Virus record (IMG/VR): IMGVR_UViG_3300047323_000673
Span: 96,001-160,000 of that record
Length of the DNA stretch: 64,000 nucleotides
Strand: one strand, 5' to 3'
DNA from: a virus
The position numbers and the translations under genes were made by a program. The notes beneath the pieces were generated by a model. The model did not search any database and was not told the origin of the DNA. It worked only from the letters and a program-made list of their open reading frames with translations. Shown piece by piece: positions 47,839 through 56,901 of the stretch (its first letter is position 1; every line of letters begins with the position of its first letter).

Positions 47839-48945
47839 TTATTGTGCTTTTGCTTCAACCAACTCTGCCATGTAGTCTAGAACATCATAGTTTGGTGGGT
47901 CAATAACATCCACAACAACATCAGGAATATTCACGCCAATTTTTTTAGCTTTTTGAACAATACCTGCATCACCTTCAAATCGGAACCCATATTCTACAGC
48001 TAATTTTTTGAGTTCGTCATCTTTCTTAAACAGGTTAACAAGTGCTTGTGCCTTAGGATTAAGAGCAACTAGAACATGCTTAGTGAAAACAGTAGGAGTA
48101 GGATAAATAAGTTGCATATCTTTACCTAGACCACCGTTTTTAAATGCATTTTCAAGAAATTCACTTTCATAAGCAAACATCATTGGAACCTTACCACGAC
48201 CAATAGACATGTAATCACTCATCATATTGGTGCTTGAACTTTCACGATTACCTTGAGCCTGAATAATACGCTTTAAAGTAGGCATAACTTTATCTACTTC
48301 TTGATTATTAGACACAACATTATTACTATTTAGAACATAAGAGTTTAGAGCAAGATACATTTTTGCGGCATTACTAAAGCGTGAATCACTTGAAGATACA
48401 AGAACAACTTTATTAACAGGGTAAGAGCCTGAATTTTTTAGGTCTTTCCAGCGAACACCATTTTCAGCTAACTTCATAAAACTCTCCATATCAAGAGCTT
48501 CATAATCACCAACTTTTTTAATTACATTATTTTCTTTAAGAATGCTGACAATGGGAGTCCAAGTAGCGATAACCATTGGGCTATAAAAGATATTATAAGC
48601 TTGAGAACCTTTAAAATTAGACTTTACTTTTTCTGATGTTTGAATACCGGAAGGGAAAACAAAATCCGCATTATTTAAATCAGCAGGTTTTGTAGCCTGA
48701 GCAATTTTGCCTGAGGCCATTCGTTCAAATTCAATATCAAATCCATTTTTAACCAAAATAGCTTTAACTCGTTCATCACGGAAGAAGTTCTCTTTTTCAG
48801 AAGTAATAACACCTTTAAGAACATTTCTTTCTCCAACAACAGCAGCAATACCAGCACTTTTTGAATCACCTTTTGTTGAATACCATCCAGCAACACCAAT
48901 TAGTACTGCAAAGAATACTAGAAAAATCGCTTTACCTTTATTCAT
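47839..48945 (-). CDS. Membrane-anchored solute-binding-like protein (partner of vWA-SBP)
   Basis: N-terminal anchor; SEKE.FF.D, FYSPMVIATW, SNAA.MYLAL, YESEF, YP.PTVF. Confidence 0.8.
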   Translation of the reverse strand: MNKGKAIFLVFFAVLIGVAGWYSTKGDSKSAGIAAVVGERNVLKGVITSEKENFFRDERVKAILVKNGFDIEFERMASGKIAQATKPADLNNADFVFPSGIQTSEKVKSNFKGSQAYNIFYSPMVIATWTPIVSILKENNVIKKVGDYEALDMESFMKLAENGVRWKDLKNSGSYPVNKVVLVSSSDSRFSNAAKMYLALNSYVLNSNNVVSNNQEVDKVMPTLKRIIQAQGNRESSSTNMMSDYMSIGRGKVPMMFAYESEFLENAFKNGGLGKDMQLIYPTPTVFTKHVLVALNPKAQALVNLFKKDDELKKLAVEYGFRFEGDAGIVQKAKKIGVNIPDVVVDVIDPPNYDVLDYMAELVEAKAQ

Positions 48946-49053
48946 TTATTACTCCTTATAGAGATTAATTTTAACTATGTTTTGCAGAATTATAACATGG
49001 TTAAAATTTTAAAACAATCAAATTATTATTTAAAAAATCATCTTATCACTAAG

Positions 49054-49938
49054 TTAATCACGATAATCTACACTGCCAACACCTGTATTTTGAATAAATA
49101 CATTTTTTATACCGCTATAAGTAACATTACCAACACCCGTAGATTTACCTAAAATCTCTTTAGTAGCATAAATTTCAATATCACCTGTTCCAGAAGCATA
49201 AAAATCAACTTTTTCAGCTTTTAGCTTAAACAAATTAACCTCGCCAGCACTGGTATTCTCCATCTTTACAGAATTTGCCGAACCAACAATATTAATATCG
49301 CCAGTTCCAGAGTTTTCAATTTTTAAAAAGTCACACTCTAAATTACCCGTAAACTCTCCTGCACTATTGTTTTCAACTTGAACAGAATCTGCTGAACCAT
49401 TAAAATTAATATCACCCGTACCAGAATTTTTAATATTAATATTATTGCTTATAAAATTACCATTAAACTTCCCTGCACTATTATTAAAAATATCAATAAA
49501 ATCAGATTTGCCAGAAAGAGAAATATTTCCAGTTCCCAAATTTTTTAAATCTAAAGAATTACCAATAAAATTACCATCAAGCTCACCAGCACTAGAATTT
49601 TTAATTTTAGCAAGATTATGAGTTTGTAGAGTAATTTTAATATTACCAAATGACTCATTGACTGCACTAGAACTAATAACAAGAGTGCCATTTTGCTCAA
49701 CAAGATGAATTTTATTGATTTGATCTTCTGGTGCCTCAAGAGTGGCAAAATCAGATTTATTAATTGGATTATTATCTAATGCAACATCAAAAATTGTATC
49801 ATTAACAATCGAAGTAATATTTTCAAACTTAAATTCTTTATTGACAAGAGATTGATTATTCATATTTGCGCCCACATTAATACTGTTTGTAGAATTTTTA
49901 CCATTAAAAAAGTTGAAAAAACTGTTCAAAATGTTCAT
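49054..49938 (-). CDS. GIN/DUF2807-like beta-helix repeat protein
   Basis: Regular repeats N.GTG.I...G.A....N.SAG; typical C-terminus ASGTGDIEIYAT...GVGNVTY.G. Confidence 0.75.
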   Translation of the reverse strand: MNILNSFFNFFNGKNSTNSINVGANMNNQSLVNKEFKFENITSIVNDTIFDVALDNNPINKSDFATLEAPEDQINKIHLVEQNGTLVISSSAVNESFGNIKITLQTHNLAKIKNSSAGELDGNFIGNSLDLKNLGTGNISLSGKSDFIDIFNNSAGKFNGNFISNNINIKNSGTGDINFNGSADSVQVENNSAGEFTGNLECDFLKIENSGTGDINIVGSANSVKMENTSAGEVNLFKLKAEKVDFYASGTGDIEIYATKEILGKSTGVGNVTYSGIKNVFIQNTGVGSVDYRD

Positions 49939-50113
49939 GTTCGCCTTAATAATAATGGTTAATCGGAATATTAAAATCATACCACAGTTTTAAAATAATT
50001 TGGTAAGATAGCAAAAATATTTTTAATTTTTGTTGTTTGTTTTTAGGGTAAAATAATAAGTCATAAAAAAAGCAGGCATCTCTACCTGCAAATTTTTAAA
50101 ATATTATCCTACT

Positions 50114-51283
50114 TTAGAAAGGTGTTGCCTCAAAAGGTAAAGTTTTGTCTTTACTTATCCATTGACCAACTAATTTACCTCCAATAATTCTGAACTTAAG
50201 TTTTGGCTGCTCTTCTTTTTTCATATCGGAGTTTGCTGAATCTTCAGTAAGAATATATTCCCCTTTTTTAAGAGCTTCAGCATCGACATTTAAATTAATC
50301 TGCTTTTTATATTTAGTGTAATAATATCTTTCTCCATAATAACGAGAATCATTATCGCTATTTTTTCTCAAAAGTCTTTTAGTATCTCCAAGATAAAGAA
50401 CCATATCTATTTTACCAATTTTTCCTTGATATAATTGAGAATAAGGATTAATTATAGGGACTTCACCATTACCTTCTCCAAAAACAACATATTTACCATA
50501 TTCTGTTAAATATTGCTTTAAATCTTCACCTTTTAAGGAGTAATTAAAATCGCCTAAGTCATCTAAAGCTCTCATAGCATGATTTGAGCATCTGCCATGA
50601 TTAAAAATTATTGCGTTGTTAGAAACAGAAATCCAACCTGGATTTTTTTTATAAAGATCATAGTGACTATCTATATCATACCAATCTGATAAGCAAAGTT
50701 CATACATAGAAATTGTTTCTTCAATCCTTTCTATTTCTTCTTTTTTATTTTTACCTTTAATACCTTTTTTTTCTTTTTCTAATTTTGCCATATAGTTTTT
50801 AAGAACTTTAGCATGCTCCCTACTTACGATTTTAGCTATTTTTCCAAATGCATCCGATTTAATAAGCTCTTGAGCAGTTAAAACTCTTCCATTCCTAGTA
50901 TCAAACTGAACTTCCGTTTCAGAAGATTCACAATATGCACCACATCCTTCCATATAAAAAGAAAAATCAATAACTCTGCCCTCATTGATAAGTGTCATAC
51001 CTGAAAATGAGAAATCACTAATATTAAGACCGTTAATCGTCTTAATTGGCTCACCATTGGGAGGCAATGTTTCAAGAATATAATGATGAAGAAATGTATT
51101 TATTTGCTTAGCAGCTTTAACATCCTCACTGACAACAAAAGGAAATTGAATTTTTATTTTTTCACCACCATCATAAACCGGCCCAAGCTCATAACTAATA
51201 GGTTTGTTCTCAAAAGTGGCAGCATTGGTTAAATCACTTACCAATAACATACTTAAAGCTAAAGCAATATAATTTTTTTTCAT
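50114..51283 (-). CDS. Exported protein of unknown function
   Basis: Signal peptide MKKNYIALALSMLL; EGCGAYCE motif; GGAG RBS. Confidence 0.7.
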   Translation of the reverse strand: MKKNYIALALSMLLVSDLTNAATFENKPISYELGPVYDGGEKIKIQFPFVVSEDVKAAKQINTFLHHYILETLPPNGEPIKTINGLNISDFSFSGMTLINEGRVIDFSFYMEGCGAYCESSETEVQFDTRNGRVLTAQELIKSDAFGKIAKIVSREHAKVLKNYMAKLEKEKKGIKGKNKKEEIERIEETISMYELCLSDWYDIDSHYDLYKKNPGWISVSNNAIIFNHGRCSNHAMRALDDLGDFNYSLKGEDLKQYLTEYGKYVVFGEGNGEVPIINPYSQLYQGKIGKIDMVLYLGDTKRLLRKNSDNDSRYYGERYYYTKYKKQINLNVDAEALKKGEYILTEDSANSDMKKEEQPKLKFRIIGGKLVGQWISKDKTLPFEATPF

Positions 51284-51481
51284 CAAAATCTCCAAATTTT
51301 GTGAATAATAACAAAAGCATTAAAAAAGTAAATAAATCACCAAAATTAAAATCATTGTGTTATAATTCTTTTTGTTAAGTTACAGCAAAACTTAACAATA
51401 ATAAATAAATTAAAATAGCTGTACATTTTAAGAAATCTAATTTATAATTAATTTTTAGCTTAACCAATAAAGGATATAAAT

Positions 51482-52072
51482 ATGAAAAAAACTCTGGCGA
51501 TTTTTGCAATTCTGACTTCTGTTATGCTGTCTGGCTGTGGTTACAATACTATTCAAGAACAAGATGAGCAAGTCACTGCAAATTGGTCTGAAGTGGTAAA
51601 CCAATATAAGCGTCGTGCCGATCTAATTCCTAACTTGGTAAATGTTGTTCAAGGTTATGCTTCACATGAAAAAGACACCCTTACTGCGGTGACTGAAGCT
51701 CGTTCTAAAGCTACCTCAATTGTTCTAACTCCTGAAGCACTGAAAGATCCTAAAGCAATGGAAGCATTCCAAAATGCTCAAGCCCAAATGAGTTCGGCTC
51801 TATCACGCCTAATGAGTGTTGCAGAAAATTACCCTGAACTGAAAGCAAATACAAATTTCCGTGATCTTCAGTCTCAACTTGAGGGCACTGAAAATCGTAT
51901 TACTGTGGCTCGTAATCGTTATATTTCTTCAGTTAAAGATTACAATCTAACTATTCGTAAATTCCCAACGAATTTGACCGCTAGTATGTTTAAATATGAT
52001 GTTAAACCACAATTTACTGTAGAAAATGAAGCTGCAATTTCTAGTGCTCCTGCTGTCAAGTTTGGTAAATAA
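51482..52072 (+). CDS. lemA: LemA family lipoprotein
   Basis: LSGCGYN, QY.RRADLIPNLV, AENYPELKAN.NF..LQ.QLEGTENRI..AR..Y. Confidence 0.95.
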   Translation: MKKTLAIFAILTSVMLSGCGYNTIQEQDEQVTANWSEVVNQYKRRADLIPNLVNVVQGYASHEKDTLTAVTEARSKATSIVLTPEALKDPKAMEAFQNAQAQMSSALSRLMSVAENYPELKANTNFRDLQSQLEGTENRITVARNRYISSVKDYNLTIRKFPTNLTASMFKYDVKPQFTVENEAAISSAPAVKFGK

Positions 52073-52073
52073 A

Positions 52074-53009
52074 ATGAACAAGTTCATTACCTCACTGATG
52101 TTGGTAATGGCAATGGTTGTAGGCTCTGTTGCATTTGCAGCGGAGCCTGCTCCCACAGAAATTGTGGTGCCAGAACTGACTAAACAAGCTGTATTTTTGA
52201 CTAAAGAGGCAATTTCACAAGATGAACAGCAAAAGATTTTAAATGCTTTGCAAGCTTTAGAGGTAAAAAATAAAGTAGCAATGACAGTTCTTGTTGTTGA
52301 TTCAGTTTCTCCATTTGAAATTGAAGAATACAGCATTAAAGTTGCTGAGAAATGGAAAGTTGGTAAATCAAAAGAAGATAATGGTCTGATTCTTATTGTC
52401 GCTACACAGGACAAAAAGGCTCGTATTGAAGTTGGATACGGCATGGAAGGAAAAATTACTGATGCAGTATCATCTCGTATTCTAAATGATTATGCTACAC
52501 CTGAATTTAAAAATAAAAATTGGTATGGTGGTATTATGCAAGTCATTGGTAGAGTAGACAACATTGCAAGTGATAAACCTATTGATGCTCCGTTAAGTGC
52601 AGATATTACTAATACTTCTGTATTAAAAAATAAGAAATCAAATGATGAAGATGCAGTTATTATGGCTATTATTTCATTCTTCACCACTAAAATTGGTCAA
52701 ACAATTTTAATTGGTTTTATTATTGGTGGAATTGCTAATTTTACTCAAAATATTTTTGGTGCAGTTAAAGCAAGTGGTATTGGTGCAGTAGTTTCGGGAA
52801 CAATTTCATTTTTTGTTGTTGATGGTTATTTTTATATTGCTGCAATTTCGGGTGCTATTTTTGGATTAATTGGAATTATGTGGCTATTAGATGTAATTCA
52901 AATTATTCTATCTGCTCGTGGTGGTGGCGGAAGTGGTGGTTCAAGCTCTAATCGTTATTCTGGTGGTGGCGGTAAATTTGGTGGTGGTGGTTCATCATCA
53001 AGTTGGTAA
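52074..53009 (+). CDS. TPM-domain membrane protein with Gly/Ser tail (start moved to 52074)
   Basis: IEEYSI.VAE.WKVG....DNG.IL.VA..D..ARIEVGYG.EG..TD; ends GGG.FGGGG.S.SW. Confidence 0.92.
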   Translation: MNKFITSLMLVMAMVVGSVAFAAEPAPTEIVVPELTKQAVFLTKEAISQDEQQKILNALQALEVKNKVAMTVLVVDSVSPFEIEEYSIKVAEKWKVGKSKEDNGLILIVATQDKKARIEVGYGMEGKITDAVSSRILNDYATPEFKNKNWYGGIMQVIGRVDNIASDKPIDAPLSADITNTSVLKNKKSNDEDAVIMAIISFFTTKIGQTILIGFIIGGIANFTQNIFGAVKASGIGAVVSGTISFFVVDGYFYIAAISGAIFGLIGIMWLLDVIQIILSARGGGGSGGSSSNRYSGGGGKFGGGGSSSSW

Positions 53010-53035
53010 TTTAAATATAAAATAAATAAAAATGC

Positions 53036-53075
53036 TTGCACTAAAATCCATGCTGCCTTATAATGGTGGCATGGA
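53036..53075 (+). promoter_or_regulatory. Sigma70 promoter whose -10 box is the loop of an inverted repeat
   Basis: TTGCAC (53036)-17-TATAAT (53059); TCCATGCTGCC-TTATAAT-GGTGGCATGGA. Confidence 0.6.
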
Positions 53076-53115
53076 CTCGTTCTGCGATATTAAAATAATC
53101 TAATAAGGATTAAAT

Positions 53116-54111
53116 ATGATTAAAAGGTTTTTTCTAGTAACAATTCTTTTCTTTTTCTCTAATTTTTCTTTTGCTAATTCAGATATTAAAATTCCTGAAT
53201 TGGTTGGTCGTGCTATGTTTGAAGGAAGCGTTCAACCTACGGAATCCCAAAAAGAAAACCTTACTGCTGCTCTACGAAATTTAGAGGCTGAAAACAAAGT
53301 TCAAATGGGTGTATTGGTTGTAGATAGTGTTAAACCATACTCTATTGAAGAATATTCCATCATGGTTGCTGAAAAATGGAAAATTGGACAAAAAGGAGTT
53401 GATAATGGTGTTTTAATGGTTGTGGCTACTAAAGACCGTAAAGCTCGTATTGAGGTAGGCAATGGTCTACAAGGCTCTCTAACAGATGCAATGTCAAAAC
53501 GAATCCAAGTAGAAAAAATGGTTCCTGAATTTAAAAAGGGACAATTTATTGATGGAATTATTGCCACTGTAAATGGAATTAAAGAGGTTACAGTTAAAGA
53601 AACTCCTGTAATTACACAAGCTCTTGAAGTGAAAAAAGCTAAAGAAGCATCAAATGAAATGTCACCTGGGGCTGTATTTTTACTAATTTTTGGTAGTATT
53701 GCTGGATTTGTTGGCATTATTACTTATTTTGTAGTTAAGAATACTAAAAATAAAGAAGCTGCAAGAAAACGCCGTGAAGCTGATCTTGCTGAATATTCTC
53801 GTCGCCAAAATCAATATTCAGAATCAGTTTCAAAATATAGAAATAGTAGTGGTGGAGGATATAGTAGGGGCAGATCTAGTTCATCTTCTCGTTCTACTTC
53901 AAGTGCTAGTTCATCTATTAAACAAACAAGTGGAACTAGTAAATCAACATCAACAAATTCAGGATATACAGGTTATTCATCTAATAGTGATGATATCAAC
54001 AAAAATAAGTCTAATGATTCAAGCTACAGTCCTAGTATCTCTAATAATTCAGATACTGGAATTAGCGGTGGTGGTTCATTTAATGGTGGTGGCTCCACTA
54101 CAGATTGGTAA
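53116..54111 (+). CDS. Second TPM-domain membrane protein
   Basis: IEEYSI.VAEKWKIGQKG.DNGVL..VA..DRKARIEVG.GL.G.LTD; Ser-rich tail ending GGG.F.GGG.TTDW. Confidence 0.92.
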   Translation: MIKRFFLVTILFFFSNFSFANSDIKIPELVGRAMFEGSVQPTESQKENLTAALRNLEAENKVQMGVLVVDSVKPYSIEEYSIMVAEKWKIGQKGVDNGVLMVVATKDRKARIEVGNGLQGSLTDAMSKRIQVEKMVPEFKKGQFIDGIIATVNGIKEVTVKETPVITQALEVKKAKEASNEMSPGAVFLLIFGSIAGFVGIITYFVVKNTKNKEAARKRREADLAEYSRRQNQYSESVSKYRNSSGGGYSRGRSSSSSRSTSSASSSIKQTSGTSKSTSTNSGYTGYSSNSDDINKNKSNDSSYSPSISNNSDTGISGGGSFNGGGSTTDW

Positions 54112-54116
54112 TAAAG

Positions 54117-54142
54117 AAAGCTCACAATAGTGGGCTTTTTTT
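54117..54142. terminator. Terminator
   Basis: AAAGCTCAC-aata-GTGGGCTTTTTTT. Confidence 0.8.
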
Positions 54143-54207
54143 ATTTTAATAATTGCTGAAAAATCACGAATATAATATAATAAGAATAACTTAAAAAGGG
54201 GGTATAA

Positions 54208-54636
54208 ATGATTAAATTAGCCAACGCATCAATTTTGGCATTATTTTCAACCAATGTTTTAGCTATGGAAGATAAAGCTTTAAATAAGGTTGATATGGCA
54301 GGAGCAATGATTTTGACCATTCCCTTAGTGATTCTATTTTGTACAGTATTTATTTATTACAAAAATAAGAAAAAAGTAGTAACTAAAAAATCATATGCAT
54401 CAACCAATGTAATTGTTGAGCAAAGTAAATATAACCTACCTAAATCAGAGTCAAATAAAAAAGGAAGTGGAAATTTAGTAGATTCAATAGATGCAATTAC
54501 TGATTTAGTTCCAAACCATGCAACAAAAGTAGCCTCGGCTGTAGTTACTACTGATTTAATTAGTAATGGTGGGGATATGAGTGGTGGTGGTTCATCTTTG
54601 GATTTTGATTTAGATTTTGATTTTGATTGGGATTAA
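54208..54636 (+). CDS. Membrane protein with Gly/Ser and (D-aromatic)n tail
   Basis: Signal peptide, TM, KNKKK; ends GGGSSLDFDLDFDFDWD. Confidence 0.75.
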   Translation: MIKLANASILALFSTNVLAMEDKALNKVDMAGAMILTIPLVILFCTVFIYYKNKKKVVTKKSYASTNVIVEQSKYNLPKSESNKKGSGNLVDSIDAITDLVPNHATKVASAVVTTDLISNGGDMSGGGSSLDFDLDFDFDWD

Positions 54637-54637
54637 A

Positions 54638-54819
54638 ATGAGATATTTATTTCAAATATTGCCATTATTTTTTTTTGTGAATAATGCTTTAGCAGCAAAT
54701 TTAGAAAAAAAGATGCATTAACTATTACTTTAATTTTTATTATTGCCCAAATTCTTTCCATTATAGGAATTGTTAGCTTAGGTTTTAAAAAGAAAAACAA
54801 AAATAAATCGGATAAATAG
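54638..54819 (+). pseudogene. Small membrane-protein gene frameshifted in an A7 run (or sequencing error)
   Basis: MRYLFQILPLFFFVNNALAANLEK; one more A at 54705..54711 restores KDALTITLIFIIAQILSIIGIVSLGFKKKNKNKSDK-stop. Confidence 0.55.
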
Positions 54820-54826
54820 TTGAAAT

Positions 54827-54853
54827 AAAAAGCTCATATAAATGAGCTTTTTT
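54827..54853. terminator. Terminator
   Basis: AAAAAGCTCAT-ataa-ATGAGCTTTTTT. Confidence 0.85.
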
Positions 54854-54911
54854 ATTTATTGCTTAAAATCTTTAATTAATTTATAATCCAATAAATTTTA
54901 AGGATTTTAAA

Positions 54912-55883
54912 ATGCGTATTTTCTATACCGATGGTTCATATGGCAAAAGTAGAATGGATGCTGGTGGTTGGGCTTATTTAGAAGTATTAAATAATGAAAT
55001 TGTTTTAGAAAAATGGGATGCTGATTTTTCTGTTGATCTGACTAGTAATCAAATGGAAATGAAGGCCGTTATTGAAGCTTTAAAAATAATTAAAGATGGT
55101 GAAAGTGCAGAAATTTATAGTGATTGCCAATATGTAGTTAAAGGTATTAGTGAATGGATTTTTGTTTGAATAAAAAACAATTGGATCACATCCAAAGATG
55201 AACCTGTTCTAAATAAAGAATTATGGTTAGAAATTTTAGAATTAACTCAAAACAAACATATTAATTGGATTTGGGTTAGAAGTCACAATAAAAATAAATA
55301 TAATCATCGAGTTGATGAATTAGCTTGTTTAGCTTATGTTGAACCTGAAGAGTTAAACCCTAAAACAGAACAAGTTAATGAAATAAATCTAGATGTGGGT
55401 AATTTAATTTATTTTGATGATCCATCAAAAAAATATATTGTTATGCTAAATAATATAATCTTAAATAATGATTCAGGTTTTTTAGCTAAACTTTTAGCAA
55501 ATAATTTAGGAACTGAAACCCAGTTTTTTTCTTATGAAACAAAGCCAAATATTGTGGATCAAAAGTCCGATAAAGAATCACGAATAGTATTCAAAGCAGT
55601 AGAACAATTCAAAAATAAAGTATCACAATCTTTTAAAGATATGAAAAATTCTTGTCATCATAAAATAAAAGATATAGATGAGAGTGCTTTTTGCTCTTTA
55701 TGCGATAGAGATTTTGGTTGGTATTGTGTAGAATCAAAAGATAAATGCTGCCACTATTTTAGTGAAAAAGGGAAAGTAAAACTAATTACGGGTGAATTAG
55801 TTGATGTTCCAAAAGATCATGACCCGTATAATGAAGATTATGATTGGTGTATTTTCTGTGGTGCTCCTGAGGAACGAAAGTGA
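54912..55883 (+). pseudogene. RNase HI fused to Cys-rich domain, interrupted by in-frame TGA at 55167..55169
   Basis: YTDGS, TSNQMEM.A, YSDCQYV.KGI.EW, then stop, then IKNNW.T....V.NKELW...W.WV.SH...N.RVDELA; frame continues into ORF 55395..55883. Confidence 0.85.
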
Positions 55884-55885
55884 AT

Positions 55886-55912
55886 AAAAAAGCCTTGAGA
55901 TTCAAGGCTTTT
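55886..55912. terminator. Bidirectional terminator
   Basis: AAAAAAGCCTTGA-gat-TCAAGGCTTTT. Confidence 0.85.
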
Positions 55913-55915
55913 ATT

Positions 55916-56389
55916 TTATTTGTTTTTTATAACAATTCCTGCATCAGCTTGTGCTCTATCTCTAGCTTCTTTAATCCTATTAAATAATTTATCATCTTCT
56001 TCCTTCATATTTAAATTAGTGCATAAATATTCATATGCTCTATCTAAAGTATAAAATGTTTCATTAGTAGATGTCTTAAGATTTTCTACAACAGATAAGT
56101 GCATAATTAAACCTGGTTTTTTATCTTTTCCATTTGGGCAAGTTCTAGAGATAAAATTATTTTCATATTTTTTACCATTATTCAAACTTACAACATCAAT
56201 AAAAACTCCATTACTTTCCTCTTTATAATCAATAAGCCTAAATGCTTGTAATGGTGAACGATCTACCGCAAGAAAGTCTTCTTCAATATCTTTTGTTACC
56301 GTGTAATTCCCAATTAAACTAACAATTAATACAAGAGCAGATACTGCACCAATACCAATAGAGATTTTTCTTTTTAGCTCATCATCCAT
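55916..56389 (-). CDS. Single-TM exported protein (start moved to 56389)
   Basis: AAGGT RBS; TM ISIGIGAVSALVLIVSLIG. Confidence 0.7.
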   Translation of the reverse strand: MDDELKRKISIGIGAVSALVLIVSLIGNYTVTKDIEEDFLAVDRSPLQAFRLIDYKEESNGVFIDVVSLNNGKKYENNFISRTCPNGKDKKPGLIMHLSVVENLKTSTNETFYTLDRAYEYLCTNLNMKEEDDKLFNRIKEARDRAQADAGIVIKNK

Positions 56390-56496
56390 AATATTACCTT
56401 TAAAAATTTTCTTCATTATATAAATAAGTAGGAAAAGGTCAACCATTTATTAAATTTTGTGTTAAAATGAAGAATAATTGAAAACAAAGGATTTAT

Positions 56497-56865
56497 ATGC
56501 CATTTTTTATGTCAATTGCAATCGCAATTTTTTTTCATGAATTCATGATTACTTATGCTTCCGTTGCAGCAGGAGTAGCAATGCCAGCAGCATGGGTTAT
56601 TTTCTTTTTAAGCTTATATATTTTGGAAAATATTAAACCAATTAAACTTTTAAATAGTGCTACTAAATTGCTTGCAGAAAAAAGAAAAGAGAATAATCAA
56701 AAAATTTTAGAGCTAGAAAAAGAAATTGATAATACTCATAATGAGATTCAAGAATTAAAGCATCAAATAAACGAGTTAAAGAATCAATTAAATATTATTC
56801 AAAATAAACCAATTGAACATACAATGGAAGCTGAATTAAATTTTTTTAAAAAAACACAAAAATAA
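56497..56865 (+). CDS. Membrane protein with C-terminal coiled coil
   Basis: AAGGA RBS; two TMs then heptad-rich segment. Confidence 0.7.
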   Translation: MPFFMSIAIAIFFHEFMITYASVAAGVAMPAAWVIFFLSLYILENIKPIKLLNSATKLLAEKRKENNQKILELEKEIDNTHNEIQELKHQINELKNQLNIIQNKPIEHTMEAELNFFKKTQK

Positions 56866-56866
56866 A

Positions 56867-56895
56867 TTGCAAAAATAAGTGAGTTAATATATAAT
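56867..56895 (+). promoter_or_regulatory. Near-consensus sigma70 promoter facing a non-coding region
   Basis: TTGCAA-17-TATAAT. Confidence 0.75.
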
Positions 56896-56901
56896 TAATT
56901 T

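Noticed and set aside
55395-55883. Independent gene starting at GTG 55395
   Set aside because: No clear RBS and in frame with the upstream RNase H sequence; treated as the C-terminal part of one interrupted gene.
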